Positions 52,484 through 63,576 of a DNA stretch of 64,000 bases are shown one piece after another. A model generated the notes under the pieces. The model worked only from the letters and a program-made list of their open reading frames with translations, searched no databases and had not been told where the DNA came from. Each line of letters starts with the position of its first letter. Within the stretch, counting starts at the first letter, position 1. Source of the stretch: an uncultured cyanobacterium (GTDB lineage: Bacteria > Cyanobacteriota > Cyanobacteriia > Cyanobacteriales > CAWUOF01); the NCBI GenBank assembly GCA_963744145.1, contig CAVUSO010000001.1, positions 6,336,001-6,400,000 on the forward strand. The letters are read 5' to 3'. The translations under genes were made by a program, and so were the position numbers.

Positions 52484-53284
52484 ATGTCACTAGCAACAAT
52501 TCAGCAGTTATTTATTTATCCAGTTAAAGGGTTAACACCCCAAGAAATTAGCGATCGCGTCGTTTTAAAAGCTGGATTTGGGATTCCGGGCGATCGCGCT
52601 TTTGCTTTAATGTATCAAGATGCTGATCATCAATCTGAATCCCTAGATTTAACTCCCTGGATGAGTAAAAATAACTTTGCTGTCCAAAATGATTGGCCCG
52701 GTTTAGCCCAGTTAGATTGTCAATATGATGTCGAAAGGAAAACTCTAACCATTAAAAAACAAGGAATAGAGTTATTGGTTGCACCCACAAATACCATAAA
52801 CGGACGCGATTGGATTGGTGCTTTTTTCACTGGTTATTTAGCATCATTAACACCAACAGAAGGAGCAAGACATCCTCACCAAGCAGCTTTACATTTAGTC
52901 GGTACGGATACAGGTGAAACTCGTTATCCCGATCGCGAACCAGTACATATTTCTTTAGTTAGTCAAGCAACTATTGACAAAATTAGCGAAGTATGCTCAA
53001 GCGTGGTTGATGTCCGACGTTTTCGTCCTAATATTATTTTAACTGGGATATCGGCTTGGGAAGAATTTAATTGGATCGGTCAAGAATTGATGATTGGTAA
53101 GGTGAAAATAGCGATCGCCGCACCAATTGGCAGATGTTTAAATATTGAAGTCAATCCGGATACAGGCGATCGAGATTTACCTTTATTTACACTACTGAAA
53201 GAAAAGTTTGGTCATCAAAAAACTGGTATTCTGGCTAAAGTTATTACTGATGGTAGCGTTGGGATTGGCGATCAGTTAACTTGA
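52484..53284 (+). CDS. MOSC domain protein
   Basis: IYPVKG, GDRAFAL, RRFRPNI and GRC motifs. Confidence 0.92.
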   Translation: MSLATIQQLFIYPVKGLTPQEISDRVVLKAGFGIPGDRAFALMYQDADHQSESLDLTPWMSKNNFAVQNDWPGLAQLDCQYDVERKTLTIKKQGIELLVAPTNTINGRDWIGAFFTGYLASLTPTEGARHPHQAALHLVGTDTGETRYPDREPVHISLVSQATIDKISEVCSSVVDVRRFRPNIILTGISAWEEFNWIGQELMIGKVKIAIAAPIGRCLNIEVNPDTGDRDLPLFTLLKEKFGHQKTGILAKVITDGSVGIGDQLT

Positions 53285-53298
53285 GGGATCTCATCAGT

Positions 53299-54222
53299 TC
53301 AAATCAGATCGGGATCAATTCCTTGCGATCGCAAATAAGCTGCTAATCGCTCTTTCTGTTGTTGTTGGGCATTAGCTCGGGCTGTTTCAGCCTCAGCTCG
53401 AGCTGTTTCAGCCTCAGCTCGGGCCGCTTCAGCCTCAGCTCGGGCCGCTTCAGTCTTAGCTCGGGCCGCTTCAGTTTCAGCTCGGGCCGCTTCAGCTTCA
53501 GCCCGTTGACGTTCCTGTTCAGTATACAGACGTTCAAGTTTAGCCTGTTCACTACCAGTGAGTAATAAATTGCCTTGACTATCCCACCAACGTAACCAGT
53601 GAGTAGTCTGATTTTGATAGCTACCTTCCCACACTCCTAATTCGATTCCCATCAGGTCAATTGGGTAATGTCCCCGCTCATTTGGTTGCAAACGGTGATA
53701 ACGAGTATTCACCCAGTTATAAACTTCCAATTCCCTGGTTTTGATGATGTATATGGCATAGTAGGGAATCCGAATAATCTGCTCATATACCCAAAACTTC
53801 CCAGGTTTTTGATTGCTCCGTTCGGGTAAACGAGATAGGGGAGTATTGTCTCGTTCTTCTGCACCATTTCCACTGGCTAATTCGATCGCGATTAAGGGCA
53901 CACTATATTCGCGCCATAATACATAGGAACGGCGAACTTGACCATCTAATAGGGGTGGAACGTTAGGTACATAGAACCAATCCGGTGCTTCCGCTCCCCG
54001 TTCCGGAGGATCTGTTTCTCTCCAATAAATCCCACTATCTTGTCCGATCGCATATTGACCATCTGGATGGAGAGTTTGTAATGTAGTTTCCAGAGAGTCA
54101 GTCAGCAAGATACATTGGGGATGTTCTTGAAAGTTTTTCACGAAAGTGCCGTCAGATTCAGGTAATTGGGTATGATCGGGAAAAGGAGGGGGTAATATAG
54201 TGGGGTCAAGACTTATGCCCAT
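53299..54222 (-). CDS. Uma2 family protein with heptad coiled-coil tail
   Basis: FPDHTQLPESDG, APDWFYVP, IELAS and WLRWWD motifs; (AEAEAAR)n tail. Confidence 0.93.
   Translation of the reverse strand: MGISLDPTILPPPFPDHTQLPESDGTFVKNFQEHPQCILLTDSLETTLQTLHPDGQYAIGQDSGIYWRETDPPERGAEAPDWFYVPNVPPLLDGQVRRSYVLWREYSVPLIAIELASGNGAEERDNTPLSRLPERSNQKPGKFWVYEQIIRIPYYAIYIIKTRELEVYNWVNTRYHRLQPNERGHYPIDLMGIELGVWEGSYQNQTTHWLRWWDSQGNLLLTGSEQAKLERLYTEQERQRAEAEAARAETEAARAKTEAARAEAEAARAEAETARAEAETARANAQQQQKERLAAYLRSQGIDPDLI
53375..53505 (-). repeat. 21-bp tandem coding repeat, six units
   Basis: gctcgggccgcttcagcctca units. Confidence 0.9.
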
Positions 54223-54359
54223 AGTTCTTAGCTATCCACAACAGGAATGACTAGATGCTTGATTTAAGTATAATAGAAACAATCAAGCTGCGAACGCATA
54301 TTGGGACAGATGGGATCTTTTTAATGCAGCATTTGCAACTACTACTATAGATGACTGTT

Positions 54360-54605
54360 TTAGATAACTTCTGCTAGGGGACGAACGGTGAGAATTTCAT
54401 CATTTCTCAAAGGTTTAATCGCAGAAATAGGAACGATGACAACACCAATCGATTCACCAGTAGCACCGAAGATTTCTAAAACGCTTCCTTGTTCACCGTC
54501 GCTAGGATGAGGGATATAATCAATTAGTGTAGCAACATCACCTTTTTTGAGATGGTGTTCAGGAAAGTCACAATTTAGTGAAACTCGTTGATAGAGGTCA
54601 ATCAT
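54360..54605 (-). CDS. DUF4926-like small protein (putative antitoxin/immunity)
   Basis: LYQRVSL..D.PEHHLKKGDVATLID...LEIF pattern. Confidence 0.75.
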   Translation of the reverse strand: MIDLYQRVSLNCDFPEHHLKKGDVATLIDYIPHPSDGEQGSVLEIFGATGESIGVVIVPISAIKPLRNDEILTVRPLAEVI

Positions 54606-54942
54606 TTTTTGGTTTCTCCTTTTTTTTGGGTTTAAGTGTTATGAACTGAAATTTGCCATCATTTTTCCGGTTTAGCCAAATTGTAATTACTGATAAGTTT
54701 CTGTTGTTGATACCGATTAATTCTCCTTCCACACGATAAAAAGCTCCATATTCGTTAGTTGTATCTTCGATCGCTTCAACGATATCTGCTAATTGACGGA
54801 CAGCCAATTTTAATTGTTCAGGGTTATCTTGTGTAAATCCAGCTTGCGCGAGAAACTTTGATTTGTCATCTTGTTCTCTGGGAACTAACAAGTAGTGAGT
54901 TACTTTATCATCGGGTATAATAGCATCGATCGGAATTTTCAT
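54598..54942 (-). CDS. DUF6883-like protein (putative toxin partner)
   Basis: AIIPDDKVTHYLL...DKSKFLAQAGF...YG..Y...FITL.P; overlaps the downstream gene. Confidence 0.7.
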   Translation of the reverse strand: MKIPIDAIIPDDKVTHYLLVPREQDDKSKFLAQAGFTQDNPEQLKLAVRQLADIVEAIEDTTNEYGAFYRVEGELIGINNRNLSVITIWLNRKNDGKFQFITLKPKKKEKPKND

Positions 54943-55000
54943 TGTTAGTTGGCGATTAATGCCGATCATTTCTGATTGTAACAACTGGGGAGAGGAATCG

Positions 55001-55249
55001 CTAAAGATACCCCCGAAACGCTGGATGAATTGCTTCCATAATAGCTGTTGCCGAACCTACTTTATGAGATAAAATTGCTAGGTCTTCGAGAAGATTAGAA
55101 AATTTTCTGTCTAAATCGCTAAACTCCGTGTCGTCAATAGCTTTTGAAGATATTTCTATTTCATCGCATTTTTCCCGTATTTGACGCACCATCCCCTGAA
55201 ACTCTTCAACCGAACCTTTTAAACCTGATGGTAATGATGAATATGACAT
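55001..55249 (-). CDS. Small helical protein (WXG100-like size, no WxG motif)
   Basis: 82 aa; GGAG RBS; two amphipathic helices; directly downstream of the FtsK ATPase. Confidence 0.65.
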   Translation of the reverse strand: MSYSSLPSGLKGSVEEFQGMVRQIREKCDEIEISSKAIDDTEFSDLDRKFSNLLEDLAILSHKVGSATAIMEAIHPAFRGYL

Positions 55250-55278
55250 TTGACTAACTCCACAACTTTTGTGACACT

Positions 55279-57327
55279 TTAAATTTTAGCACGAATTTTG
55301 CTCCAGAGAGTTTTATCTACTGGGATGCAAGCATCTGGAATTTCTATCTTAGGGGTATTGACATACATAGTACCTTCGTTTCCTCTCCAAATTGCTCTAC
55401 CGCATCCAGAATTGCCAATGGGAATCTTGGTAGCAGCAGAAAAAAGATTACCTAATACTGAATCTCCAGCATCTTCCGACACTCTAAATATGATTCTTTC
55501 ATCTAATTGGCTAGTAACTTGGGCGCTAATTAAACCAGCTTTTGGTGTCTGCGTACAATACATTAAATGAATTCCAAATGCACGTCCTTTACGAGCATAT
55601 TCTTCTAATTTTCCTTCAATTGCATCTCGCATCTTTGAAGTTTTGGAGTTTATAGGTATGTCAGCAGCTTCATCCACCACAAGTAAGATACGCTGTACAT
55701 TCACACCAGACTTTTGTAATTGTTCTATATTTGAAACGCGCTCTTCATTTAGTAAAGTCTGACGTTTTTGATAATCCTCAGAATAGATTGTCTCTAGTAA
55801 TTTTTGAGCTTCTTCCATATCATTGACTAGCTTGACGTTTTCTTTCAATAATTCTATTTCTTTATAAAAATGAAAGTCTACCTTTTTAAAATCAAAAATA
55901 TACACCTTACGTTCTGGATTTGCATATAAAAACTGAAACATTACCCAGTGAAGAAAATTTGTTTTTCCAGATCCATTAACCCCAGCTACTAAACGATGAG
56001 CTATTGCATTCCACTCAGAGCAGACAATACTCCCATCGTCGTTCATACCAATAATATACTTGTCTTCAGTAATTTCATAGCTGTACTGGCTGAATATTTC
56101 TTCAGCAGTCGGTTTAATAAAACTAGGTTGTTCTTGAGGAATACCAGGTACTGGGTCATCTCCTGAAACTACTATGCGAAAAAGACTGCTAATTTCTTGG
56201 GGAGTTACTAATCGATGTAGCAATTTTAATGCACTTGGATTAGTTGAAACCTTATTGCTATCGGGGGAACTTTCAAAATACTTTCCTAATGACCAGGAAT
56301 CATTACTTTTGACAATTTCACCACTAGATGATAGAAGATTTTCATCACGTAGAGGCTCTGTCTCAGGTAATCTGATAATATCGCGATTTGAGTTCTGAGA
56401 TTGAGATGCTCTTTTAGTTATTTGTTGCTCAAAATCACTTTTCCATTCGCTCCTTTCAATATCGGTGAAAAGCTCTACGTTTTTAGTTGCCATTAAACTT
56501 TTATTAAAATCTTCACTTCCTCGCTTTAGGATAAACCTGTGATACTTTTGTCCATAATTATCATCTTTGAAAGCATTTTGTATTAAAGCTTTAATCACTA
56601 AATCTATATGGTCACTAGACTCAGATAAGATTCTTATACTGTACTTGAATAAATTTCTATCATGGGTAACGTAGGAGTTTAAATACTGGTTATAAATATC
56701 TTTAGCGATATTAAGTTCGTTAGTGATTATATGCGTGTTGTAATATCTGGAAGTGTTTTGTTCTATCTCTCTAAAAGTTTGTTTAATTGTAGTTTTGATT
56801 GATTCTTTATCACAATTGCTGCAAGTTTGTAGGGTGAATTCTATAATTAATTTTTTATCCAATACGTTTAATTGTTTGCACAGGGATAACATATCATGAT
56901 CTAGGTATGGTTGAAATAAGTATGGTATGTAATATCCTTGATTTTTAGGGAATTTTTCATCTTTAATAATTTCGCAGATCACATCCACCCAATCTTCTAG
57001 TTGGTGTATCAAATCAGGTTGATCTTTGACAGATTGAAATTTATATAATTCTCTCAAACTAATATCATTGGTCAGAATATTAAAGGCTGACTTTACCTTT
57101 ACATTATCACCATCAGCATGATTAATACTCAAATAAATTTTGAGTCGCTGTTTAACATCTTTTGTGGGGTTGTAAACGTAGCGAAGAGAAACTACCAAGT
57201 TAGCAAACTGTTTTGGATCGCTGAGGGATTCCAATAAATTTTGCTGCTCTTTTATAACCTTACTACGCTTGGAACCAAGGTTGCGAAGTTCTGGAATTTG
57301 AAGGTGTAAGGGTGCAATATTAGTCAT
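55279..57327 (-). CDS. FtsK/SpoIIIE-domain ATPase
   Basis: HRLVAGVNGSGKT (Walker A), LLVVDEAAD (Walker B), RKGRAFGIHLMYCTQ. Confidence 0.9.
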   Translation of the reverse strand: MTNIAPLHLQIPELRNLGSKRSKVIKEQQNLLESLSDPKQFANLVVSLRYVYNPTKDVKQRLKIYLSINHADGDNVKVKSAFNILTNDISLRELYKFQSVKDQPDLIHQLEDWVDVICEIIKDEKFPKNQGYYIPYLFQPYLDHDMLSLCKQLNVLDKKLIIEFTLQTCSNCDKESIKTTIKQTFREIEQNTSRYYNTHIITNELNIAKDIYNQYLNSYVTHDRNLFKYSIRILSESSDHIDLVIKALIQNAFKDDNYGQKYHRFILKRGSEDFNKSLMATKNVELFTDIERSEWKSDFEQQITKRASQSQNSNRDIIRLPETEPLRDENLLSSSGEIVKSNDSWSLGKYFESSPDSNKVSTNPSALKLLHRLVTPQEISSLFRIVVSGDDPVPGIPQEQPSFIKPTAEEIFSQYSYEITEDKYIIGMNDDGSIVCSEWNAIAHRLVAGVNGSGKTNFLHWVMFQFLYANPERKVYIFDFKKVDFHFYKEIELLKENVKLVNDMEEAQKLLETIYSEDYQKRQTLLNEERVSNIEQLQKSGVNVQRILLVVDEAADIPINSKTSKMRDAIEGKLEEYARKGRAFGIHLMYCTQTPKAGLISAQVTSQLDERIIFRVSEDAGDSVLGNLFSAATKIPIGNSGCGRAIWRGNEGTMYVNTPKIEIPDACIPVDKTLWSKIRAKI

Positions 57328-60115
57328 TAATACCTCTTCCAGTAATCTAGAATGCTTACAGCATTTTTTAACCTTTTAGATTTTACTTCTAAATTTCGTG
57401 CTTTAAACTTTTTATATCCATCAGAAATGGCAATCAATATAGGTATATAAAATACAAGTATAAGACCTATTTGAAGCCAGTAAGCTATATTTTTAATATT
57501 AGTAATAGCTATATGAATACACAGAGGCACATATAAAAATATAACCCATATACAAATCATGACATAACGGTTTGCAGATTTTAATACTACTGATAATATT
57601 GTAGCTATTATAAATGATATGCTCGATATTACCGTTGTCTCATTTAGAAATGATATTAAATATATTAAAAATGCTAAAAATGCTAAAAATACCATTATGT
57701 TTAAAAGTCTTGGATCACGCGGCGTTAAATCACAAATTTGAATATCTAAGCTGCTTATAAGGCTATCCACATTGTCCTCTATCACTTCCTTAAAATTAAT
57801 TAATTGCTTATTTAGTTGACTACAATTATTATATGTATTTGGGTTACAGGTTTTAATTATTTTACTGTTATTATTAGCTATTATTTTCCTATAAACTCCT
57901 CTATCAATCTTTTTGATACTATCAATTGTTGTAGATATTAATTTACAATTTTCTGTAATTAAATTTTGATAATTTATTATGGAAGTAATTTTATCATTTA
58001 GAGTATTAATATATTGAGATAAATGTTTTGTATAAGCTGTGAATTTAGATGATAATAAATTGCTTACCTTGCTTGAATGAGCATCACAAGCTGATACAGC
58101 ACTCGAAAAAATATGATTAATTTTTTCGGCATTTTTCTGCTTTCCCTTAATATTTGCATTTCTTATTTTAAGTTCAATGTCTGGAATACTTAAAGAGTTT
58201 AATTCCATTTCTTCTAGAATAAACACCTTCCTACAGATCAGATTCGTAAATTCTATTAATTTCTCATCCAATTGAACATATTTATTATATGTACTTGGTT
58301 CTGAATCTTTAATTAATGTATAATTGCTGTTTGCTTGCAGATCGTTAGAAATCTCACTATTAACCGTCTCTAAATTACTAACTATTGTCAATATTAATTG
58401 ACGATTTTTTTATAAACAACTCTTGAAAATTTTCAAGAGATTTTACTTGATTTTCAAGACGATTGATATATTCATTTAAACTATTAAGGTAATTATCTAG
58501 GTTAGATAAAAATAGGCTTTTAACTTGATTTTTTATTTTATATTTATTAGTATTACAATCTGATAAAGCACTTGAAAAAATACCGTAAATTTCTTCTCTA
58601 CGCTTCTTAATATTTAAGATTTCAGATTCAATTTCCGAAATATTTAAAGAGTTTAATTCCAGTTCTTCCAGAATAAATACCTTTCTATAGATCAGATTCG
58701 TAAATTCTATTAATTCCTCATCCACATCCAATTGAACATACTCATTATATGTACTTGGTTCTGAACCTTCAATCAATCTATAATAGCTGCTCGTTCGCAG
58801 ATTTTTATATACTTCACTATCAAACACCTTTAAATTACTAACTATTGTAAATATCAATTGGCGATTTTTTATAAATAACTCTTGAAGACTTTCTACAGAT
58901 TCTAATTTATTTTCAAGACGATTGATATATTCATCTAGAGTTCTTACGTGATTCTTTAGATTGGATGAAAATATGTTTTTTACCTGATTTTTTTTCTTGA
59001 TTGGTTACCTCATATTCATGAGTATTACAAGCTGATAAAGCACTTGAAAAAATACCGTTAATTTCTTTTCTATATTTATTAATATTTACTATTTCACATT
59101 TAATTTCTAGAATACTTAAAGAATTTAATTCTAGTTCTTCCAGACTAAAATTAAATAACAGTGCTTCAAGAATAGATAATGATTTATCATCGAGTTTTTG
59201 CTTATATGGTGTTAATATATGAATAAGCCTATTTCTAAATTTTTCTTCTGAATATTGGAGAAAATTAGAAATTTCTGTAAAGATTGGGGATAAATTAATC
59301 TGATCAGCAACAATTATAGGAAGTAGTTGAAGTGATTCTTCTATAACTATGTAATTATTTTCACTGTTTAATCCATTCTTAACTCCTCTTAAAAAGAGGG
59401 GTTTTAATACGTCTTGAACCAGAGATTTATAATCTTCTGAGCGTAATTTATAATTTTCTGAGCGTAATGGTAGGCTGAATAATTCCCAAATTGGCCCATA
59501 CATCCAAAAATCAAGGTAGTCTTGATATTGTGTACTGAAAACGCTACCAGTGTAATTAACACGCAAAATTGGTCTATTATTACTATTAAGTGGCTCAACT
59601 TGCTCCTCAATCATTTTTTGGTAAAGCCGAGGTGCATTTATTCCCACAGGAATTGAATAATTCTTACCCTGCTTTTTCCATTCTTCATCGTACCAAATTG
59701 ATCTGATTACAGAAAGAGCTGACAGTCTGATTAGGGGAGTTTCTCCATGTATAGCTTCATGCTTTAGTACAGTCAATAAATTTTGGCTGACATCATTGCT
59801 TAATGCAGCGATCGCGCTCTTTTTGACCAGATCAGGAATTTTACCAAATGCTTGAATCACTAAGGCACGAATGAGATAATTCTCATGTCCTCTTCTATCA
59901 GATTCAGATATATCTTTTCCTAAAATTCCATGATTAGGGATGTCCAACACTTCAAAAAATGGATCTAGTCCACACTTTCTTAATGTTGCATCAATTATGT
60001 CTAGTTTTTTCCAAGGTTCAGATGCTATAGTGAGGGCGAGAATTAGTTCATCGCGATCGCATCTTATGGGCTGAGGAGTGCTGTCCCATTGTGATGTCCG
60101 CTGAAGATTGTCCAT
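57327..60115 (-). CDS. Large repeat/membrane protein (about 928 aa) split into three ORFs by two +1 A-tract frameshifts
   Basis: Three copies of LEE.ELNSL...IFSSA.S.C; removing one A at 58988-58995 and one at 58405-58411 fuses the ORFs; C-terminal TM helices. Confidence 0.75.
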
Positions 60116-60311
60116 ACTATCTGGTGTTTATAGGGGCATAGCAGCAGGGGTTGTTTCTTTTATTGACCCTGGTTTAATCTAAAATAGATGTGATAAAAGT
60201 ATTGTAGCCAGATTTATTCGTTTTGTCTATCTTGAGCATCCACCCTTGTCCATGCTCATCAACGATTAGAGGTGATGCGATCGCCATGTCTAGCTGGACT
60301 TAAATATAAAG

Positions 60312-60425
60312 TATTTTTGGGGATCTCGGCGTAGAACTGGGCGAAGCATTCGGGGATAAGATTAACCGTTTTATTGTTCAATTGTCGCCCGCTATGCCTC
60401 CGGCACGCTACGCGAACGCCCCTAC
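60312..60425 (-). repeat. Composite MITE-like repeat (inverted copy of 43219-43363)
   Basis: GAACTGGGCGAAGCATTCGG...CGCCCCTAC. Confidence 0.8.
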
Positions 60426-60670
60426 AGGTAAAATTGCTCTCATGTGCGATTAGACGTGATGCGATCGCTCCTCCGATCCCAAAAAACTGTTAGGTAACAA
60501 ATCGACTTGCTTACACGACCACTTGATGAATTAATCGCAATGGTAGAAACTGGTTTGCAAGAGCAACGTCTGGCTAGACTTCAAGGTCAAGGTCAAGGTC
60601 AAGCAGCAGAGACTATTAAGCGGTAACAGAAAAAGTGAAACCCATTAGATTAACTAATCATGCGAAATGT

Positions 60671-60851
60671 TGAAAATTTTTCACAAAGGTGCCGTCGGAT
60701 TCAGGTAATTTGGTATGATCGGGAAAAGAAGGAGGTAATATGGTCGGGTCAAGACTTCTGCCCATAGTTCTTAGCTATCCACAACAGGAATGACTAGATG
60801 CTTGATTTAAGTATAGCAATTTGAGATTGATCAGCTCGATCAGGTTTAATA
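60671..60851 (-). pseudogene. 5' fragment plus upstream region of the Uma2 paralog
   Basis: Near-identical to 54128-54272 and 62234-62414. Confidence 0.85.
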
Positions 60852-60965
60852 GGTTTTGGCAATTCTGGTTTGACAAAGTTTTTTTTCAGATTAGTTTCAG
60901 GAACTGGCTACACCCAATAGTTATTGACGCGATTGGAATTAATGAGATTAAGGAGGAATTTCTAG

Positions 60966-61442
60966 ATGGGAACCTATTATGGATTAGGAGTAGTGAAAAA
61001 TTTTGAAACTAGAACTAGCACTGAATTGACCACCCAAGAATTAGAAACCGCTGTGAACGAAAGGCTTAATCTTGACTTGTTTGATGTAACAATTACCAAT
61101 CATCAGTTGCATGGGACACTGAAAGCAAATTTATTCCAAGATCATGTGGAAGATTTTTTTAGCAAATTGCAAGCAATTGTGACAAGGAGTTCGGTTAAAT
61201 TCTATTGGGAGGAGTTTGGAAATGATATTGACCAATATCCTTATGAGCATTGCACTCTTAAGTTCTCTGATGCTCAGAATCATCAGATTACTATCAACAT
61301 GGGAGTAGTTTTTCTATTTTTTGAAGGTAAAGTTTCTGTGGAGGAATTTGACTTAGAACCATCCCTGATGAATTGGTTATTTCGACACAGTAATTTTGAT
61401 AATATCCTAGCTGGAGCAATTATGAGTGATATTATTGGTTGA
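60966..61442 (+). CDS. Hypothetical protein
   Basis: 158-aa ORF with an AGGAGG RBS. Confidence 0.75.
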   Translation: MGTYYGLGVVKNFETRTSTELTTQELETAVNERLNLDLFDVTITNHQLHGTLKANLFQDHVEDFFSKLQAIVTRSSVKFYWEEFGNDIDQYPYEHCTLKFSDAQNHQITINMGVVFLFFEGKVSVEEFDLEPSLMNWLFRHSNFDNILAGAIMSDIIG

Positions 61443-61551
61443 TGCGGTGAATTGTGGAATATTAGAAGACAATTTGCTTGTTCAGGAGAAACCAATGCAA
61501 TGAACAAGCGATTTCTTCGGAAAGCTTGGCTAGAGTACCCTATTTCAATAC

Positions 61552-62328
61552 TCAAATTAGATCGGGATCGATTCCTTGCGATCGCAAATAAGCAGCCAAT
61601 CGTTCTTTCTGTTGCTGTTCTCGATCAGCCCGTTGACGTTCAAGTTTAGCTTGTTCACTGCCAGTTAGCAACAAATTGCCTTGACTATCCCACCAACGTA
61701 ACCAGCGCTGGGTCTGATTTTGATAGCTACCTTCCCACACTCCTAATTCGATTCCCATCAGGTCAATTGGGTAATGTCCCCGCTCATTCGGCTGTAAACG
61801 GTGATAACGAGTATTCACCCAGTTGTATACTTCCAATTCACTGGTTTTGATGATATATATCGCATAGTAAGGAATCCGAATAATCTGCTCATATACCCAA
61901 AATTTCCCAGGTTTCTGATTGCTCCTTTCCGATGAACGAGATAGGGGAGTATTGTCTCGTTCTTCGGCACCATTTCCACTCGCTAATTCGATCGCGATTA
62001 AGGGTACACTATATTCGCGCCAGATCACATAAGAACGGCGAATTTGACCATCTAATAGAGGTGGAACATTAGGAACATAGAACCAATCCGGTGCTTCCGC
62101 TCCCCGTTCCGGAGGATCTGTTTCTCGACCATAGATACCACTATCTTGTCCGATCGCATATTAACCATCTGGATGGAGAGTTTGTAATGTAGTTTCCAGA
62201 GAGTCAGTCAGCAAGATACATTGGGGATGTTCTTGAAAGTTTTTCACGAAAGTGCCGTCGGATTCAGGTAATTGAGTATGATCGGGAAAAGGAGGGGGTA
62301 AGATGGTAGGATCAAGACTTTGGACCAT
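61552..62328 (-). pseudogene. Uma2 paralog with a nonsense mutation
   Basis: Close copy of 53299-54222; CAA->TAA at 62161-62163; tail 49 codons shorter. Confidence 0.88.
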
Positions 62329-62451
62329 AGTTCTTAGTTATCCACAACAGGAATGACTAGATGCTTGATTTAAGTATAGCAATTTGAGATTGAGCAGTTT
62401 GCTCAGGTTTAATATCTATAATATATACCTATAACTCAAAATCTACAGTCT

Positions 62452-63534
62452 ATGAAATATCCTGAAGAAAACCTGGCAAAAGATTTATACTATGAGCTAT
62501 CTCAGCATTTTGCTGATCGAACTCCTTTAATAGAATATAAAATTCAGGGATGTGGTGTTCACTGGCTTTGTACTGTTAAGCAAAATGATAACTTTTGTTC
62601 TATAGACTGTTTCCACGAACGGGATGGGATAGAATACTGTATATCTTTTGAGCGGAATGCTGAGAAAATTGCTGAGGGACGGACATCTGCTAAATTTGAA
62701 GCTATTCATGCAGTTGATGACTGGGTTCAAGGAAGTGAACTTTCTATTCTTTATGATAAATTTTTGTTTGTTGATCGAAACAAACGAGATATTTTTGATG
62801 TCCGTGATGATTTGGTAGCCAATTTTCCGGAGTTATCTCCATTAGCAGAGATCGAAGAGAAGTCAAGTCATTTCTGTCAGCTTTGGTTTAAATGGGATGA
62901 TCGACTAGCTCATATTACATTTGGTGATATTAATAAAGAAACGCTCAATATAGATTTCTATTGGGATAAAAGTAGTATCCTATTCAATACCAAAAACTGC
63001 GATCGCAAGCTGTTGGCAAAAATTCTCAAACGATGGGTTTATGATCGCGCTTTACCATCGGTAATCAGAACAGAATTTCCATCTGTCGAGATTAGTAAGC
63101 TTGCTGATTTTTATGAGCAAGGTAATCCAATTGAAGGTGAATTCCTAGAAAGTTGGGACTCAATTGAAAAGTTTTATGAGTCCATGTCTGGATTTTATGG
63201 TGAATTACTCAATCCCATGATTGAATTAGTAAAATCTATCAGAAAAGAAAATTATGATCGGCAGCTTAGAGCTGGACAATCAATGTTATTCTTATGTTTG
63301 AGCCGATCGCAATCTCATGGAGCATTAGGTGTAAATTACTTAGTTTTTGCAGGTGAGAATAACAGTTATGAAATTAATGGAGAAGAGAAAATAAGTCAAA
63401 GTTTGCAAGTTACTTATTATGCTAATGGTGCGATCGCTGAAAAATTGGTAGAAAATGAGATTGCGCTAACTAATCCAATCAGAAAACTGTTACAAAAATT
63501 GTCAGAGCAACTAATTTATATATGTTCGATGTGA
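62452..63534 (+). CDS. Hypothetical protein
   Basis: 360-aa ORF; no motif recognised. Confidence 0.75.
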   Translation: MKYPEENLAKDLYYELSQHFADRTPLIEYKIQGCGVHWLCTVKQNDNFCSIDCFHERDGIEYCISFERNAEKIAEGRTSAKFEAIHAVDDWVQGSELSILYDKFLFVDRNKRDIFDVRDDLVANFPELSPLAEIEEKSSHFCQLWFKWDDRLAHITFGDINKETLNIDFYWDKSSILFNTKNCDRKLLAKILKRWVYDRALPSVIRTEFPSVEISKLADFYEQGNPIEGEFLESWDSIEKFYESMSGFYGELLNPMIELVKSIRKENYDRQLRAGQSMLFLCLSRSQSHGALGVNYLVFAGENNSYEINGEEKISQSLQVTYYANGAIAEKLVENEIALTNPIRKLLQKLSEQLIYICSM

Positions 63535-63576
63535 CAAAAATAGGGGCAAAATTAGCTTGCCCCTAAAAGAATCAGT

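Noticed and set aside
60480..60626. TCAAGG hexamer repeat in a short reading frame (QGQGQG)
   Set aside because: Too short and fragmentary to assign
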